A stretch of 64,000 bases of DNA. Origin: Candidatus Bathyarchaeota archaeon. Its GTDB lineage: Archaea; Thermoproteota; Bathyarchaeia; Bathyarchaeales; Bathycorpusculaceae. A model generated the notes under the pieces. The model made no database searches and was not told the origin of the DNA. It worked only from the letters and a program-made list of their open reading frames with translations. The translations under genes were made by a program, and so were the position numbers. The stretch is taken from NCBI GenBank assembly GCA_963717465.1, contig OY970340.1, forward strand, positions 1,568,001 through 1,632,000. Direction: 5' to 3'. This document shows, piece by piece, positions 9,960 to 20,079 of this stretch (positions are counted from its first letter, which is position 1; the number at the start of each line of letters is the position of its first letter).

Positions 9960-10634
9960 TTAAGATAGAAAGATTGCAATACACTTAATGGTCGCCCAAA
10001 GAATTCGCATGTTAGCTTTTAATGTACCGCCTATTCTAGGATTTTTTCTCCTCGAAGGCGGCAAATATTGTATATCCTTGATTTTAAGATTATTCTTTTT
10101 TGCGAGGACAATAAATTCGCCTCCAAAGGTTTCTCCTCCTTTAAGGTTTAATTCTGAAACGAATTCTTTTTTGAAAACACGGTAATTCGAAAATGAATCA
10201 GTCACGCCGACAAGTTTCCCCAATGTTTTAGAAGCAATTCTTTCTGAAAAACGCGGGATAATTGTACGAGAAGCAGAAACAACATCAAATTCACCAATAA
10301 ATTTTACGAGCACAGGTATAAGATCAGGGTTGTTCTCCAAGTCAGAATCAATCGTGACAATAACAGGATACTTTGCCAGTTTCATTCCATAAAGCAAACC
10401 TTTTGTTTGGCCTTCCCGTTTTTTTGTCACTGCCACATCTGCAAAACGCTTGGCAACTTCAAATGTGCCGTCTTGCGATTCATCGTCCACAACTATTATT
10501 TCATACACATTCGGTTTTAGGACTTCTCTTACTTGCCTGATTAACTCAGCAATATTTTCTCTCTCATTCCAAGTAGTAGTAACGACTGAAATCCCAGGCA
10601 CGCTTGAATTATTCTGCAATTTTTTCAGTTTCAC
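9960..10634 (-). CDS. GT2 glycosyltransferase (polyprenol-phosphate glycosyltransferase-like)
   Basis: VVTTTWNERENI, IIVVDDESQDGT, TIDSDLEN. Confidence 0.85.
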   Translation of the reverse strand: MKLKKLQNNSSVPGISVVTTTWNERENIAELIRQVREVLKPNVYEIIVVDDESQDGTFEVAKRFADVAVTKKREGQTKGLLYGMKLAKYPVIVTIDSDLENNPDLIPVLVKFIGEFDVVSASRTIIPRFSERIASKTLGKLVGVTDSFSNYRVFKKEFVSELNLKGGETFGGEFIVLAKKNNLKIKDIQYLPPSRRKNPRIGGTLKANMRILWATIKCIAIFLS

Positions 10635-10727
10635 TTCATCATTGCTAAATTAAATAATTTTCGCCAAAAAAGAACAAGCAATTACGCAAAGAAACTAAAC
10701 TTTTCATTTTCTGGATTTTGCAATTTT

Positions 10728-12329
10728 TTATTGAAGCTTGAGTATTTTCATAACCTTTTCCAGTAAGTTAAAGATTTTGTGCGCAAGTTTACCTACGAAT
10801 CCGATTTCGCTTGTCATTGCCCGCAAGTTGCTAATGTCCGAACTTGTGACTGATCTAGTCAGTACTATTGACAAAAAAAAGACCACGATAAATACCACTA
10901 CGCCGATGACAAGCTGAACCCAACTTGAAAAACTCAGCAATGAGACGATCAAGTAAGTTACGGCTGCAGTTATTGCGGCTGAAAGAAGAATTTTTGCAGA
11001 TGAGATCCAATCAACGCTTACTTCATAATGTTTTTTTAACCATCGTAAACCTATGAAAATGCTTGGGACCACGCTTGTAAGCGATGTCGCTAAAAGTCCT
11101 AAGACTCCAAACCGCATGATTAGGATGAAACCCATTGGAAACCCTATAACTGCTTGAAGAATTGTTAATTTTAGTGCATAGACGGTTTGCCCTTGACCGT
11201 TTAGTAAGTTGCCTATGCTCAAGTTTCCTAAGGCAGTATACAGGTAGTTTATGCAAAGCAGAGAAAGAAACAAGGGAGCCAAAGTAAAAGTCTGGCCGAA
11301 AAGAGTTTGAACCGCCGGTCCAGACAGGCACATCACAAGCGCTGCTACAGGAACAACAAGAAGAGAAGCGTACTTTACTGAAAATTGAAAAACATTTTTT
11401 AGGGCTTCTTTGTCTCTTTGAAAATCTAGTTTTGAAAAAGCTGGAAAAAGCATTGTGGTTATTGGAGTGGCAAAGAAACCTATTAAGACCACAAAGTTTT
11501 GAGCAATGTAATAGTTACCAAGCACTGTGTTCTGTGCAGAAGGATATACAATAGGTAATAAGAGTGTGTAAAAAGCGGTAAGAAAACCTGATATAATGGC
11601 GGCTATTGATAAAGGCATTCCGTAGCCAAACAATTTTTTGATATAGGATATTGTATTCCTTCGAATCGTTGTTGGTTTAGGCAATTTTTTGTAGATAGTC
11701 CACATGAGCAAGATTCCGATTAATCCAGCAATAAAAGTACCCACCGTGTATCCGATAACCGCTCCAGAAGTTTCTAAGCCTACGCTTAATAGTGTTATTA
11801 CAAGCCCAAGTGAAACAAGTGTTTTAATTATGGATTGACAAATGAGCATTATACTGTTTAACTGCATTTCTTCAACGCCAGTAAAAGCACCTGCTGCAGC
11901 ATTGATCAATCCTCCCGCAAAGATGGAAAATGAGGCAATTTGAATTAATGGAGCAATTTCTGGTCGGTTGAATACAGTTGTCGCTAAAAAGCCTGAAAGT
12001 GAGAATGAAATTATGGAAAGTACCAAGCCTAAAGCTATCTCAAAAATTAATCCTGACAAGAAAACGCTTCTAATTTCATAGAGTCGATCTTCTGCCTTAT
12101 ATTGGGCAGTGAATCGAACCATTGCCGAATTTACGCCCCAATCTCGAAATAGCAAAATTAAGTTTGGCACAACAAAGGCAATTCCGTACACACCGTAATT
12201 GCTTGATCCTAATAATCTAGCGATGAATATGAGACCTATAGCCGATATGACTTGGGATACTACCAGTCCCCACATGTAGTTGAAGCTTCCTTTAGCTGAA
12301 ACCTTTCCGATGTCTGCGGCTTTGCTCAT
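10728..12329 (-). CDS. Oligosaccharide flippase (Wzx/RfbX-like MOP family)
   Basis: Many TM segments; IARLLG..YGVY, LFPAFS; likely start MSKAADIG at 12329. Confidence 0.85.
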   Translation of the reverse strand: MSKAADIGKVSAKGSFNYMWGLVVSQVISAIGLIFIARLLGSSNYGVYGIAFVVPNLILLFRDWGVNSAMVRFTAQYKAEDRLYEIRSVFLSGLIFEIALGLVLSIISFSLSGFLATTVFNRPEIAPLIQIASFSIFAGGLINAAAGAFTGVEEMQLNSIMLICQSIIKTLVSLGLVITLLSVGLETSGAVIGYTVGTFIAGLIGILLMWTIYKKLPKPTTIRRNTISYIKKLFGYGMPLSIAAIISGFLTAFYTLLLPIVYPSAQNTVLGNYYIAQNFVVLIGFFATPITTMLFPAFSKLDFQRDKEALKNVFQFSVKYASLLVVPVAALVMCLSGPAVQTLFGQTFTLAPLFLSLLCINYLYTALGNLSIGNLLNGQGQTVYALKLTILQAVIGFPMGFILIMRFGVLGLLATSLTSVVPSIFIGLRWLKKHYEVSVDWISSAKILLSAAITAAVTYLIVSLLSFSSWVQLVIGVVVFIVVFFLSIVLTRSVTSSDISNLRAMTSEIGFVGKLAHKIFNLLEKVMKILKLQ

Positions 12330-12810
12330 GCAGTCGTCTATCCTTTTCTTGAATCTTTTTTGAATTAACACTTGTTTAATTAGGATATGTTTATCAGTTG
12401 CGGTCTTTTTTCAAAAGAAAAACGTGAAAAAAAGTCTATTCGAAGTATGCCTATCATTTTGGACTTTTCGTATTCAAGAAATCACTCAAGAATGTGAAAT
12501 TCCAATTTTGACCCATCAGATCCAGAACAATAGGTTTTTTGATTGTCTGGTGAGCGAGCCGTTGTTATTTAAATCTGACCTCCAAGCTGTCTGGCGATGG
12601 CAGTTTTAATACTGCGTATTAGGGTTGTGCTCAAACCCAGCTGAGAGGGATAAGCAGGTAAACTCACAGAAATGTTTTCTGTCTCTTTCAAACTCAGGTG
12701 TATTATTTTTTACGCGCATCGCCAACCAAGTGTGGGTGCGAGAAACAATAGCATGAGTTGAACCTTTTATACGCCACACGTTTTTTAATCTTTTTTTCAT
12801 AAAAGTTAGA

Positions 12811-12917
12811 TGGCGCCCAGGCCGGGATTCGGACCCGGGTCCTGCGGGCGACAGCCGCATATACTATTCCGTCAACATGAATTAATTCATGCTGAGACCG
12901 GACTATACTACCTGGGC
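12811..12917 (-). tRNA. tRNA-Asp(GTC) with encoded CCA and a ~31-nt intron in the D-loop (about 12866-12896)
   Basis: Acceptor stem GCCCAGG/CCTGGGC-G-CCA, anticodon arm TGCGG CT-GTC-GC CCGCA, T arm CCGGG/CCCGG. Removing the intron gives 76 nt. Confidence 0.92.
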
Positions 12918-12966
12918 TATTGTACGTTGGCTTAAGCGCCGCAACAATAAAAACTGTTTTAGCTAA

Positions 12967-13467
12967 TTAACCTTTCTCGGCAAGGTTTGTATTCGGTTTT
13001 TGATGTTTTTTGCCTGTCAGGTCTTTCAAGTCGATCTTGCCTATGCTCGTTGATGCGAGTTTTTCTGGTTTAACTTTTGCCAGTTTATCTTCTGGGTTGG
13101 CAGAGAGCTGCCTAACTAACACTTCTAGCGCATGCTGCTTCTCCCTGAGGTCATCAACCTGGAAATACTCTCCTGAAAAATGCACTGATACGTAGGCATA
13201 GTCACACTCGTTCGTTACACCGTAATCCAGTATCGCTTGTCCCCAAACTTTGTTGTTTGATCTTAAATAGGCTAGTTTTTTGCCTTCAGGTGCACAGTGG
13301 AAGTATAGACAATTCTTTGCTTCATCATAGCCATGGCTTAATGAAACCAGATACGGCTCGTCATCCACGCAGAGGGCAACAGTAACATACTTGGTACTTT
13401 TTAGCACCTGTCGTAATTCATTTTGATCCGTGATTTCCCTATCTTTACGCCGAACATGAAAAGACAT
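12967..13467 (-). CDS. Pyridoxamine 5'-phosphate oxidase-like flavin-binding protein (NimA/NimC-like)
   Basis: RRKDREI, PYLVSLSHGY, LYFHCAPEGKKL, YVSV, LTGK. Confidence 0.85.
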   Translation of the reverse strand: MSFHVRRKDREITDQNELRQVLKSTKYVTVALCVDDEPYLVSLSHGYDEAKNCLYFHCAPEGKKLAYLRSNNKVWGQAILDYGVTNECDYAYVSVHFSGEYFQVDDLREKQHALEVLVRQLSANPEDKLAKVKPEKLASTSIGKIDLKDLTGKKHQKPNTNLAEKG

Positions 13468-13592
13468 ACCTCAAAAATATTTGTTCATATAATATTAACT
13501 TTTAGAACATGTATGTTTGTTACCTTTCGGTCTTCGAGAAACTGAAAGCTAATCTGAGAACAAAAAGAAAAATTGCATTTATCCAGATAATG

Positions 13593-15681
13593 TTATTTGT
13601 CGATTGAAATTCTGCTTGTGCCTGCTTCTTTCTCTAGAATTACAACGTGTTCAGCTTTACTTGCGAAGGATTCACTGTGCGTTACGGCAATGATTTGCTC
13701 AATTGCTTTGAATCGGGCTATTGCCTCAGCTAAATGTTCGATGCTGCCGTCTTCATTTCCCAAGTTTTCCGTAGGCTCATCTAGTACAAGCATGCTTAAT
13801 CCGTGCCCAGTTCTTGATTGCATGATGAGTTGTCCTAAACCTAATCGATAAGCGAACGCAAGTAATGTTCGCTCGCCGCCAGAAAGATTTGCAACCTCAC
13901 GATTTACTCCAGATTCGCTTTTGACATACGGCGTATATGTATCGTCGATAATTACGTTCAAAAATGCGGTTTCGCTGCCTACTAAACCATCTAAAACCTG
14001 TTGAACGAAACTTCGCAAAACACCCACGAACTCGCTTCGCAGCAAAGGCTGAACACTCCGATAAGCATCCCGAACAGCGCCTAAAACCTCAATCGTTTTA
14101 CGAATTTTCTCGACGCGCTCAACCTTTTGCATAGAAACATCAATTCGCTCTTTCAAAATATCCAAACGTTCAAAAAGATCAGCTTTGCGATTTTCCTTAG
14201 TGCGCATGTCAGAATCAACCTGATAGTACTGCTTGAAAAGCTGCTCTCTGCGGGCTTTGGCTGATTCAAGCTCTGATAAATTGAACCTGCTAATTTCAAG
14301 GTTCACTAGTTCAAGTTGATTTTGAAGTTCAGCTTCTAACTTTTGCTTGCTCTCAAACTCGCTTGAAATATTGCCCATATTTAGTTCTTCTTCAGAAATA
14401 CGCGCTTTAAGATCGTCAGCTCTGGTAACGCAGTTTTGCAGGTTAGAATATGCTTCAGATGCAATTTTTTTGCTTTTCTTAAGTTCCTCAATTTCAACTT
14501 GCAACTGTTTAATGATTTTTTCTCGTTCACAATTCTCATGTTCAATGCGCGTAAGTAGATTAGTCTTGTATTCACCATCTAATGGTTGCACGCAAAGGGG
14601 ACACTTGTTCTCCTGCGACAACGAAATAGTTCTTTTTTGGTCGGTCTGCAAGCTCCGTAGAAGTTGCTTCTTGCTCAGCTTTTATAGTGCTGATTTTATC
14701 GTCAAAAGATGCCAGAAAAGAACCTAATGCTTCAAAAGGCTGACTTACAGGTAATCCTGCTTGTTCAAGTTTACTTAAACACAATTTAGCTTGGATATCA
14801 ATAGAGTTTTGGCGCTGCAGCAAATTGTCAAGAATAGTTTTTTTACCCTCAAGTCTGTCATTCAATGAAGCAAGTGCATCCTTAAGGTTTAGCAAGTTAG
14901 CGTTTATTCTAGCTTCTTTTCGCTTCAACTCTTCGATTGCCACTTTTTTCTCTTCCAATCGCTTAAGCGTCTGATCAGCATCAGCCAGCACTTTTTTGGC
15001 AATAGCAAGTTTCTGGGTTAAACCTTCAAGATCCATTTCTAAAAGTGCAAATTCTTCACTTGCCCTATTGTATTCAGCGCTGAGTTTTTCCAATCCAGTA
15101 ACATCTGAATCTTTTTCGTAAATTCTCTTCTCGTTATCATAATCTCGTTGATACTGTGCGATGTTGCTCCATGCAGATTCATAATCTGACAGGCCGAACA
15201 ATTCGTCTAAGCGTTTTTGCCTATCGCGTGGTGCTAAATCTAAGAGCTCTTTTAGATGCTCCTGCCTGAACCATACTATTTCACGGTATAGATCTTTATC
15301 CAGACCTGTAATTGCCTTAAACTGTTCAGCAATTGCATCGCTCTTCATACTTGCAATGAGCGTTTCCTCTTCAAACAGTTTAAGCTCCTCAAAATTCTGG
15401 GTTACGCTTTTTCCGCGTCTTTTTAACCCCCGTATTAACTTGTAAGTTTTACCGCTCTGAGTAAATTGAACTGTTACCTTTCCTGAATCTGCTCCTTCGC
15501 GAAGCAGATATTCGAAGCTTCGGCCGATTGAATCGCCGAATAAACCAAAATCCAAGGCATATAAGACACTGGATTTTCCGCAACCCAAACCGCCTACAAG
15601 ACAGTTAAATCCTCTGGTGAATGGCACCGTTGATTTAACGTGAGACCGCAGGTTCTCAAGCTGGACTATTTCAATTTTCAC
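13593..15681 (-). CDS. rad50: DNA double-strand break repair ATPase Rad50, split by a one-base frameshift near 14659
   Basis: Walker A GGLGCGKSS and coiled coil in 14572-15681; zinc hook CPLC, LSGGE, LDEPT and VTH in 13593-14651. Removing one base joins ...EATS to RSLQTDQK. Confidence 0.9.
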
Positions 15682-16895
15682 TTCGTCATCTCCTCGATTA
15701 TCTGCTTCACTTTTTCGTCTTGCTTGCGCGTTAATGGTTCAATCAAATCAATTGCTAAGTGAGCTATTTTCTGCGCTTCTTCATTGCTGTAACGTTCAGA
15801 AAAAATCCGAACAAAATACTCCGAGGATTTAGTCTTTAAATCTTTAAATTCGCCCTCAAAAATTGAGCGGACAAGCTCGTCTGAAACCGCGCTTTCCTTG
15901 AGCATGACAATAGGATGAACAATCAAGGCTTTTTCTGCGGCACTTCTGATTTTGGCTATGTCAACTTCTGCACGGCTTGCTCCTGCTGGTAAAGTGCCCT
16001 TTAATACTGGAATGACGACTGAACCTTCCGTATCATTGTCTTTTACAAGTTGATAGCCTAAATCGCCAATTTTTCCTGGAGCCATGCCTGAAAAGTCATG
16101 ATCGAAAACGACAAATCGTCTTGTACCTGTAAGGTCAACAAAGTCAGGTGTGACTTCGCCTTTTGCGTCAACTTGAACGTGGTAAAAGCCTTTATTGTAT
16201 GCCGCTTCGTCATAACTGACTGTTTCAGTACTTCCGCTATAAGCTAAGTAACCAGTTTTGAATTTGCCCAAGTAACGTTGATGAATGTGACCAGCAGCGT
16301 AATACGTAAAACCTTCAGGTAATTGCTCAGGTGAAATTTCAGCTTCAATGTAAGGTGGCTTAACATTTGGTAGATCAACGGCGCCGTGAAAAACAAAGAT
16401 GCTTCCAACATTTTCTTGAGGTGCTGGAGGATTTTCCGCCATGAATTTTGGCAATGCTTCAGATGTTTTATGCCTGCTTCGAAAATTTGGAACACCATAA
16501 ACGTAACAGCAGTCTAGTTTGCGCCATGATCCTTGGTGCCGAGGTAAATGGTAAATTAGTCCTGCACTATCCAACGGGTAAAGAATTGTTCCGGTGATCA
16601 TATTTGGAGCAGAATCATGTGAACCATCAACTGTCAAAACAGGGATTTGCATGTCTTTTAAGCGTTTGAAGCTTCTGATCGTATTTTCAAGTGTAACGTT
16701 GGATGGTCGGGCTTGGTGGAATAAGTCCCCTGCAATTATCATGAAGTCAGGTTTTAATTCGATTGTTTTATCAATTAATTCTGACAAAGCGTTGTCAAAG
16801 TCTTGTCTTCTCGCTTCCAACCCGTACTGAGAGTAACCTAAATGTAAATCTGAAGCGTGAACAAAGCTGAACGGTTTCAATCTGCTGCTCCCCAT
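15678..16895 (-). CDS. mre11: DNA repair exonuclease Mre11
   Basis: SDLHLG, AGDLF, GSHD, FHG, GHIH, YSGS motifs; overlaps rad50 start. Confidence 0.93.
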   Translation of the reverse strand: MGSSRLKPFSFVHASDLHLGYSQYGLEARRQDFDNALSELIDKTIELKPDFMIIAGDLFHQARPSNVTLENTIRSFKRLKDMQIPVLTVDGSHDSAPNMITGTILYPLDSAGLIYHLPRHQGSWRKLDCCYVYGVPNFRSRHKTSEALPKFMAENPPAPQENVGSIFVFHGAVDLPNVKPPYIEAEISPEQLPEGFTYYAAGHIHQRYLGKFKTGYLAYSGSTETVSYDEAAYNKGFYHVQVDAKGEVTPDFVDLTGTRRFVVFDHDFSGMAPGKIGDLGYQLVKDNDTEGSVVIPVLKGTLPAGASRAEVDIAKIRSAAEKALIVHPIVMLKESAVSDELVRSIFEGEFKDLKTKSSEYFVRIFSERYSNEEAQKIAHLAIDLIEPLTRKQDEKVKQIIEEMTK

Positions 16896-17043
16896 TTATC
16901 CTCCTGGATAGTTACGATTAAATTATGTTTGAGCTTGCTGGATTTTAAGCGTTTAGTTAAAGCCTTCCCAAGCTTTGTTCGGGTTTTATTAGGGGAAACA
17001 TATAAACCTTTAATCTGCAATTTAGCTTAAATTGCGCGATAAA

Positions 17044-17865
17044 ATGTATTGCCAGAAATGTGGGGTAGAAGTGGTTCTTCCCTTTCAATGCCCGTACTGT
17101 GGAGCCCAATTTTGCAGTGAACACCGTCTGCCTGAGAATCACAACTGCGCGAAAATTGACCAGGCCCGAGCAAAACTACAACAAAATGTCTTGCCCCAAA
17201 ATTACGACTCGTTTAGGTATTCTTACTCATACGGCGCACCCATTAAAAGTAGAAGTCGCATCAATTTTAGTCCAAAAGAAATAAAACACATTACCGTTGC
17301 AGCCTTGCTAGTTATAGGAATAGGTTTTTCCATTGGATTGTACGATAACATCCTTGGCGCTTGGACAACTCCATGGAATTGGAGCATGATGACTGTTTTC
17401 GCGTTCCTAATCACTATATCCTTTTTGACGCATGAACTAGCACATAAAGCCGTTGCCCAAAAAAAGGGTTTATGGGCTGAATTCCGTTTGACCATGTGGG
17501 GAGCAATATTAACGTGTGTTTCAATTTTTATACCCTTTAAAATGATTGCTCCAGGCGCGATGATGATTTCAGGTTCTCCGAATGGCGATGCAATCGTAAA
17601 GATTTCGCTTGCAGGGCCTGTTACAAACATGATTTTTTCAGTTGGAATTCTCGGAGTGGCATTTGCTTTTCCCAACAGCATTTACTTTGTGCCTTTGCTT
17701 TTAGCTGCTTATTTTAACGCTTTTATTGCATTGTTTAATCTTATTCCTTTCAGCGTTTTAGATGGGCAAAAGATTTTTAATTGGAATAAGTGGATTTGGC
17801 TTTGTGCATTTCTTGTGAGCGCGGGTTTAACGCTGATTACTTACTTGCTTATATATGGCATTTGA
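17044..17865 (+). CDS. AN1-type zinc finger fused to M50 (site-2) membrane metalloprotease
   Basis: CQKC..PFQCPYCGAQFCSEHRLPENHNC; HELAH, AGP, NLIPFSVLDG. Confidence 0.88.
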   Translation: MYCQKCGVEVVLPFQCPYCGAQFCSEHRLPENHNCAKIDQARAKLQQNVLPQNYDSFRYSYSYGAPIKSRSRINFSPKEIKHITVAALLVIGIGFSIGLYDNILGAWTTPWNWSMMTVFAFLITISFLTHELAHKAVAQKKGLWAEFRLTMWGAILTCVSIFIPFKMIAPGAMMISGSPNGDAIVKISLAGPVTNMIFSVGILGVAFAFPNSIYFVPLLLAAYFNAFIALFNLIPFSVLDGQKIFNWNKWIWLCAFLVSAGLTLITYLLIYGI

Positions 17866-17977
17866 TAATCTATTGCAAATTCTCAAATTTTTTTAAACAT
17901 GATTTAACGGCCGCTTTATTCAGGAAAGCTTATAGTCTTGCTGCATAAACTTTGAGTACATAGAGTTTAAATCGAGA

Positions 17978-19384
17978 ATGTTTATGCTCAAATGCATTCG
18001 ATGTGGATCAAAATTTCCAGATAAAACATTGAAAAGTAGGTGCACAAAATGTTCTGGAACACTTGAATACAATCCAGACCATCCAGTCCAAGGTAAAATT
18101 AGATTTTCGGGTCCAATTGGTTTTTGGAGGTACAGGCAGATGCTTCCTCCAGTTCAGCACATTATAAGTTTAGGAGAAGGCGGAACACCGCTGCTTAAGG
18201 CTGAAAGGCTCTCAAAAGAAATCGGATTAAAAGAGCTTTACTTAAAAGATGAAACGCGAAATCCGACACACTCATATAGAGACCGAGCAGCTGCTTTTTT
18301 AACGTCCAATGCGGTTGACTTAGGATGCAAGGCATTAGTTAGCGCATCTAATGGAAATATGGGTGCATCGATAGCGGCTTATTCTGCCAAGGCAGGCGTG
18401 ATCTGCCATGTTCTAGTGCCTAAGCTAGTTGATGTAGGCAAGCTTGCTCAAATGATTGCTTACGACGCAGTTATCGAGGAATACGGCGACATAGTTGACG
18501 ACTCAATACGTAAAGCTGAAGCATTAGCTAAGGAAACAGGATGGTATCAAGCAACCGCAGAACTTAACCCCTACGTTGTTGAAGCACAGAAAACAATTTC
18601 ATACGAAATTTACGAACAGTTCGGCGTTCCCGAGTTCGTCTTGGTTTCGATGGGAAGCGGTGGAACAATTTATTCTCTTTGGAAGGGGTTCAAGGAGCTA
18701 AAACATCTTGGAATAACAAAATCACTTCCCAGAATGGTGGGAATTCAAACTGAAAGTTGTGCTTCAATAGTTGACACACTTACAGGTAACAATTTAACCA
18801 CGATACAAAAATCAGGTAATCCTTCAACTCATGCGCTTGCCATACTAGTGGGTGAACCACTTCAAAGCGACTTGGCAGTAAAAGCATTAACAGAATCCAA
18901 AGGGTTGGCGTTAACAGTTTCTGATGCTGAAATGCTTGATGCCGAATTACAAATTGCAAAATATGAAGGGGTATTCGCTGAGCCAGCAAGTTCCGCAACT
19001 GTAGCAGCGCTTGAAAAGCTTGTAAACAGAAAAGAGATTTCTAGTAATAACAGTGTCGCGTGTATTATTACCGGGAGTGGACTGAAGGCGACTGATGTTT
19101 TGCAAGCGTTAACTAAAAAACAAAAAACCGCTGGGTTAAGCTTGGAGATAAGTACTAAGGCGAAAATCCTCAAAATTTTAAACGAAAAAGACACCTACGG
19201 TTACGATTTATGGAAGCTGCTTGGAAAAATCATGACTCGCGGAGCAATTTATCAGCATTTGAATGAGTTGTCAGAAAAAGGCTTAATCGTCGGCTATGAT
19301 GAAAAAGGCAAAAAATTCTTTAGGATAACGCAGCATGGAAAAAGGGCTTTGTCTGCTTTTGATGACTTGAAATTCTTGATGTAG
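17978..19384 (+). CDS. Threonine-synthase-like protein with C-terminal PadR-like winged HTH; PLP lysine position is Arg
   Basis: SLGEGGTPL, NPTHSYRDR, EPASS, ITGSGLK; C-terminus TYGYDLWK...RGAIYQHLNELSEKGLI...FRITQHG. Confidence 0.85.
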   Translation: MFMLKCIRCGSKFPDKTLKSRCTKCSGTLEYNPDHPVQGKIRFSGPIGFWRYRQMLPPVQHIISLGEGGTPLLKAERLSKEIGLKELYLKDETRNPTHSYRDRAAAFLTSNAVDLGCKALVSASNGNMGASIAAYSAKAGVICHVLVPKLVDVGKLAQMIAYDAVIEEYGDIVDDSIRKAEALAKETGWYQATAELNPYVVEAQKTISYEIYEQFGVPEFVLVSMGSGGTIYSLWKGFKELKHLGITKSLPRMVGIQTESCASIVDTLTGNNLTTIQKSGNPSTHALAILVGEPLQSDLAVKALTESKGLALTVSDAEMLDAELQIAKYEGVFAEPASSATVAALEKLVNRKEISSNNSVACIITGSGLKATDVLQALTKKQKTAGLSLEISTKAKILKILNEKDTYGYDLWKLLGKIMTRGAIYQHLNELSEKGLIVGYDEKGKKFFRITQHGKRALSAFDDLKFLM

Positions 19385-19416
19385 TTTCTACCAAAAATAC
19401 TTAAATATAGTTGCTA

Positions 19417-19440
19417 ATAGTATAGTAATAACTATACTAT
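19417..19440. promoter_or_regulatory. 10-4-10 inverted repeat downstream of a TATA box, upstream of the ECF S-component gene (candidate operator)
   Basis: ATAGTATAGT-AATA-ACTATACTAT; TTAAATA at about 19401-19407. Confidence 0.6.
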
Positions 19441-19458
19441 CTGCATAAGGTTATCTTA

Positions 19459-20004
19459 ATGAATAAAACAAACATGAAACAGGCGTCTAACAAACTTGAT
19501 CGCCAAAAGCACGTAACAGTAACCCTTGCAAGAACAAGCATCATGACGGCGCTAGTATTTGTTGCTACGTATATAGTGCAAGTTTATGTTCCAGCAACCC
19601 GAGGGTACTTGAATTTTGGTGATATCATGGTTTTCGTCAGCGCGCTAACTTTCGGTCCAGCGGTTGGCGGTTTTGCTGGTGGCGTTGGATCGGCATTGTC
19701 AGACGCGGTTTCAGGTTATGGATATTTTGCACCTTTTACGTTGATAATTAAAGGTTTGGAAGGGTTAATTGCAGGATTAATATCCAACCGTAAACAAGTT
19801 TGGCGAGACATAATCGCCGTGTCAGTGGCTGGAACAGTAATGGTGGTGGGATATTTCCTAGCCGAGTTTTTCCCGCTCCAAATCGGATATGCAGCTGTAG
19901 TGGAGATTCCAATCAATATCCTTCAGATAGTTGTAGGAGCCCTTGTAGGTGTCCCTATTGCTTTGGTGATTCGCACAAGATTGCCTGAAACATGGTTGAA
20001 ATAA
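19459..20004 (+). CDS. ECF transporter S component
   Basis: ALVFVAT, GYLNFGD, GVGSALSD, APFTLIIKG; about 5-6 TM. Confidence 0.88.
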   Translation: MNKTNMKQASNKLDRQKHVTVTLARTSIMTALVFVATYIVQVYVPATRGYLNFGDIMVFVSALTFGPAVGGFAGGVGSALSDAVSGYGYFAPFTLIIKGLEGLIAGLISNRKQVWRDIIAVSVAGTVMVVGYFLAEFFPLQIGYAAVVEIPINILQIVVGALVGVPIALVIRTRLPETWLK

Positions 20005-20079
20005 AGCAAGAATGAATTGCAGATAATATTATTGCTTAATAGCTTGATAGAGAGACTAGCTAAATGAGGAAAAGATGAG

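Noticed and set aside
12418..12785. Possible MITE or integrated element next to tRNA-Asp (AAAAACGTG/CACGTTTTT)
   Set aside because: Only a 9-bp low-complexity inverted match; no target duplication, integrase or tRNA 3' repeat seen.
12606..12860. 84-aa ORF
   Set aside because: Overlaps the tRNA-Asp gene; spurious.
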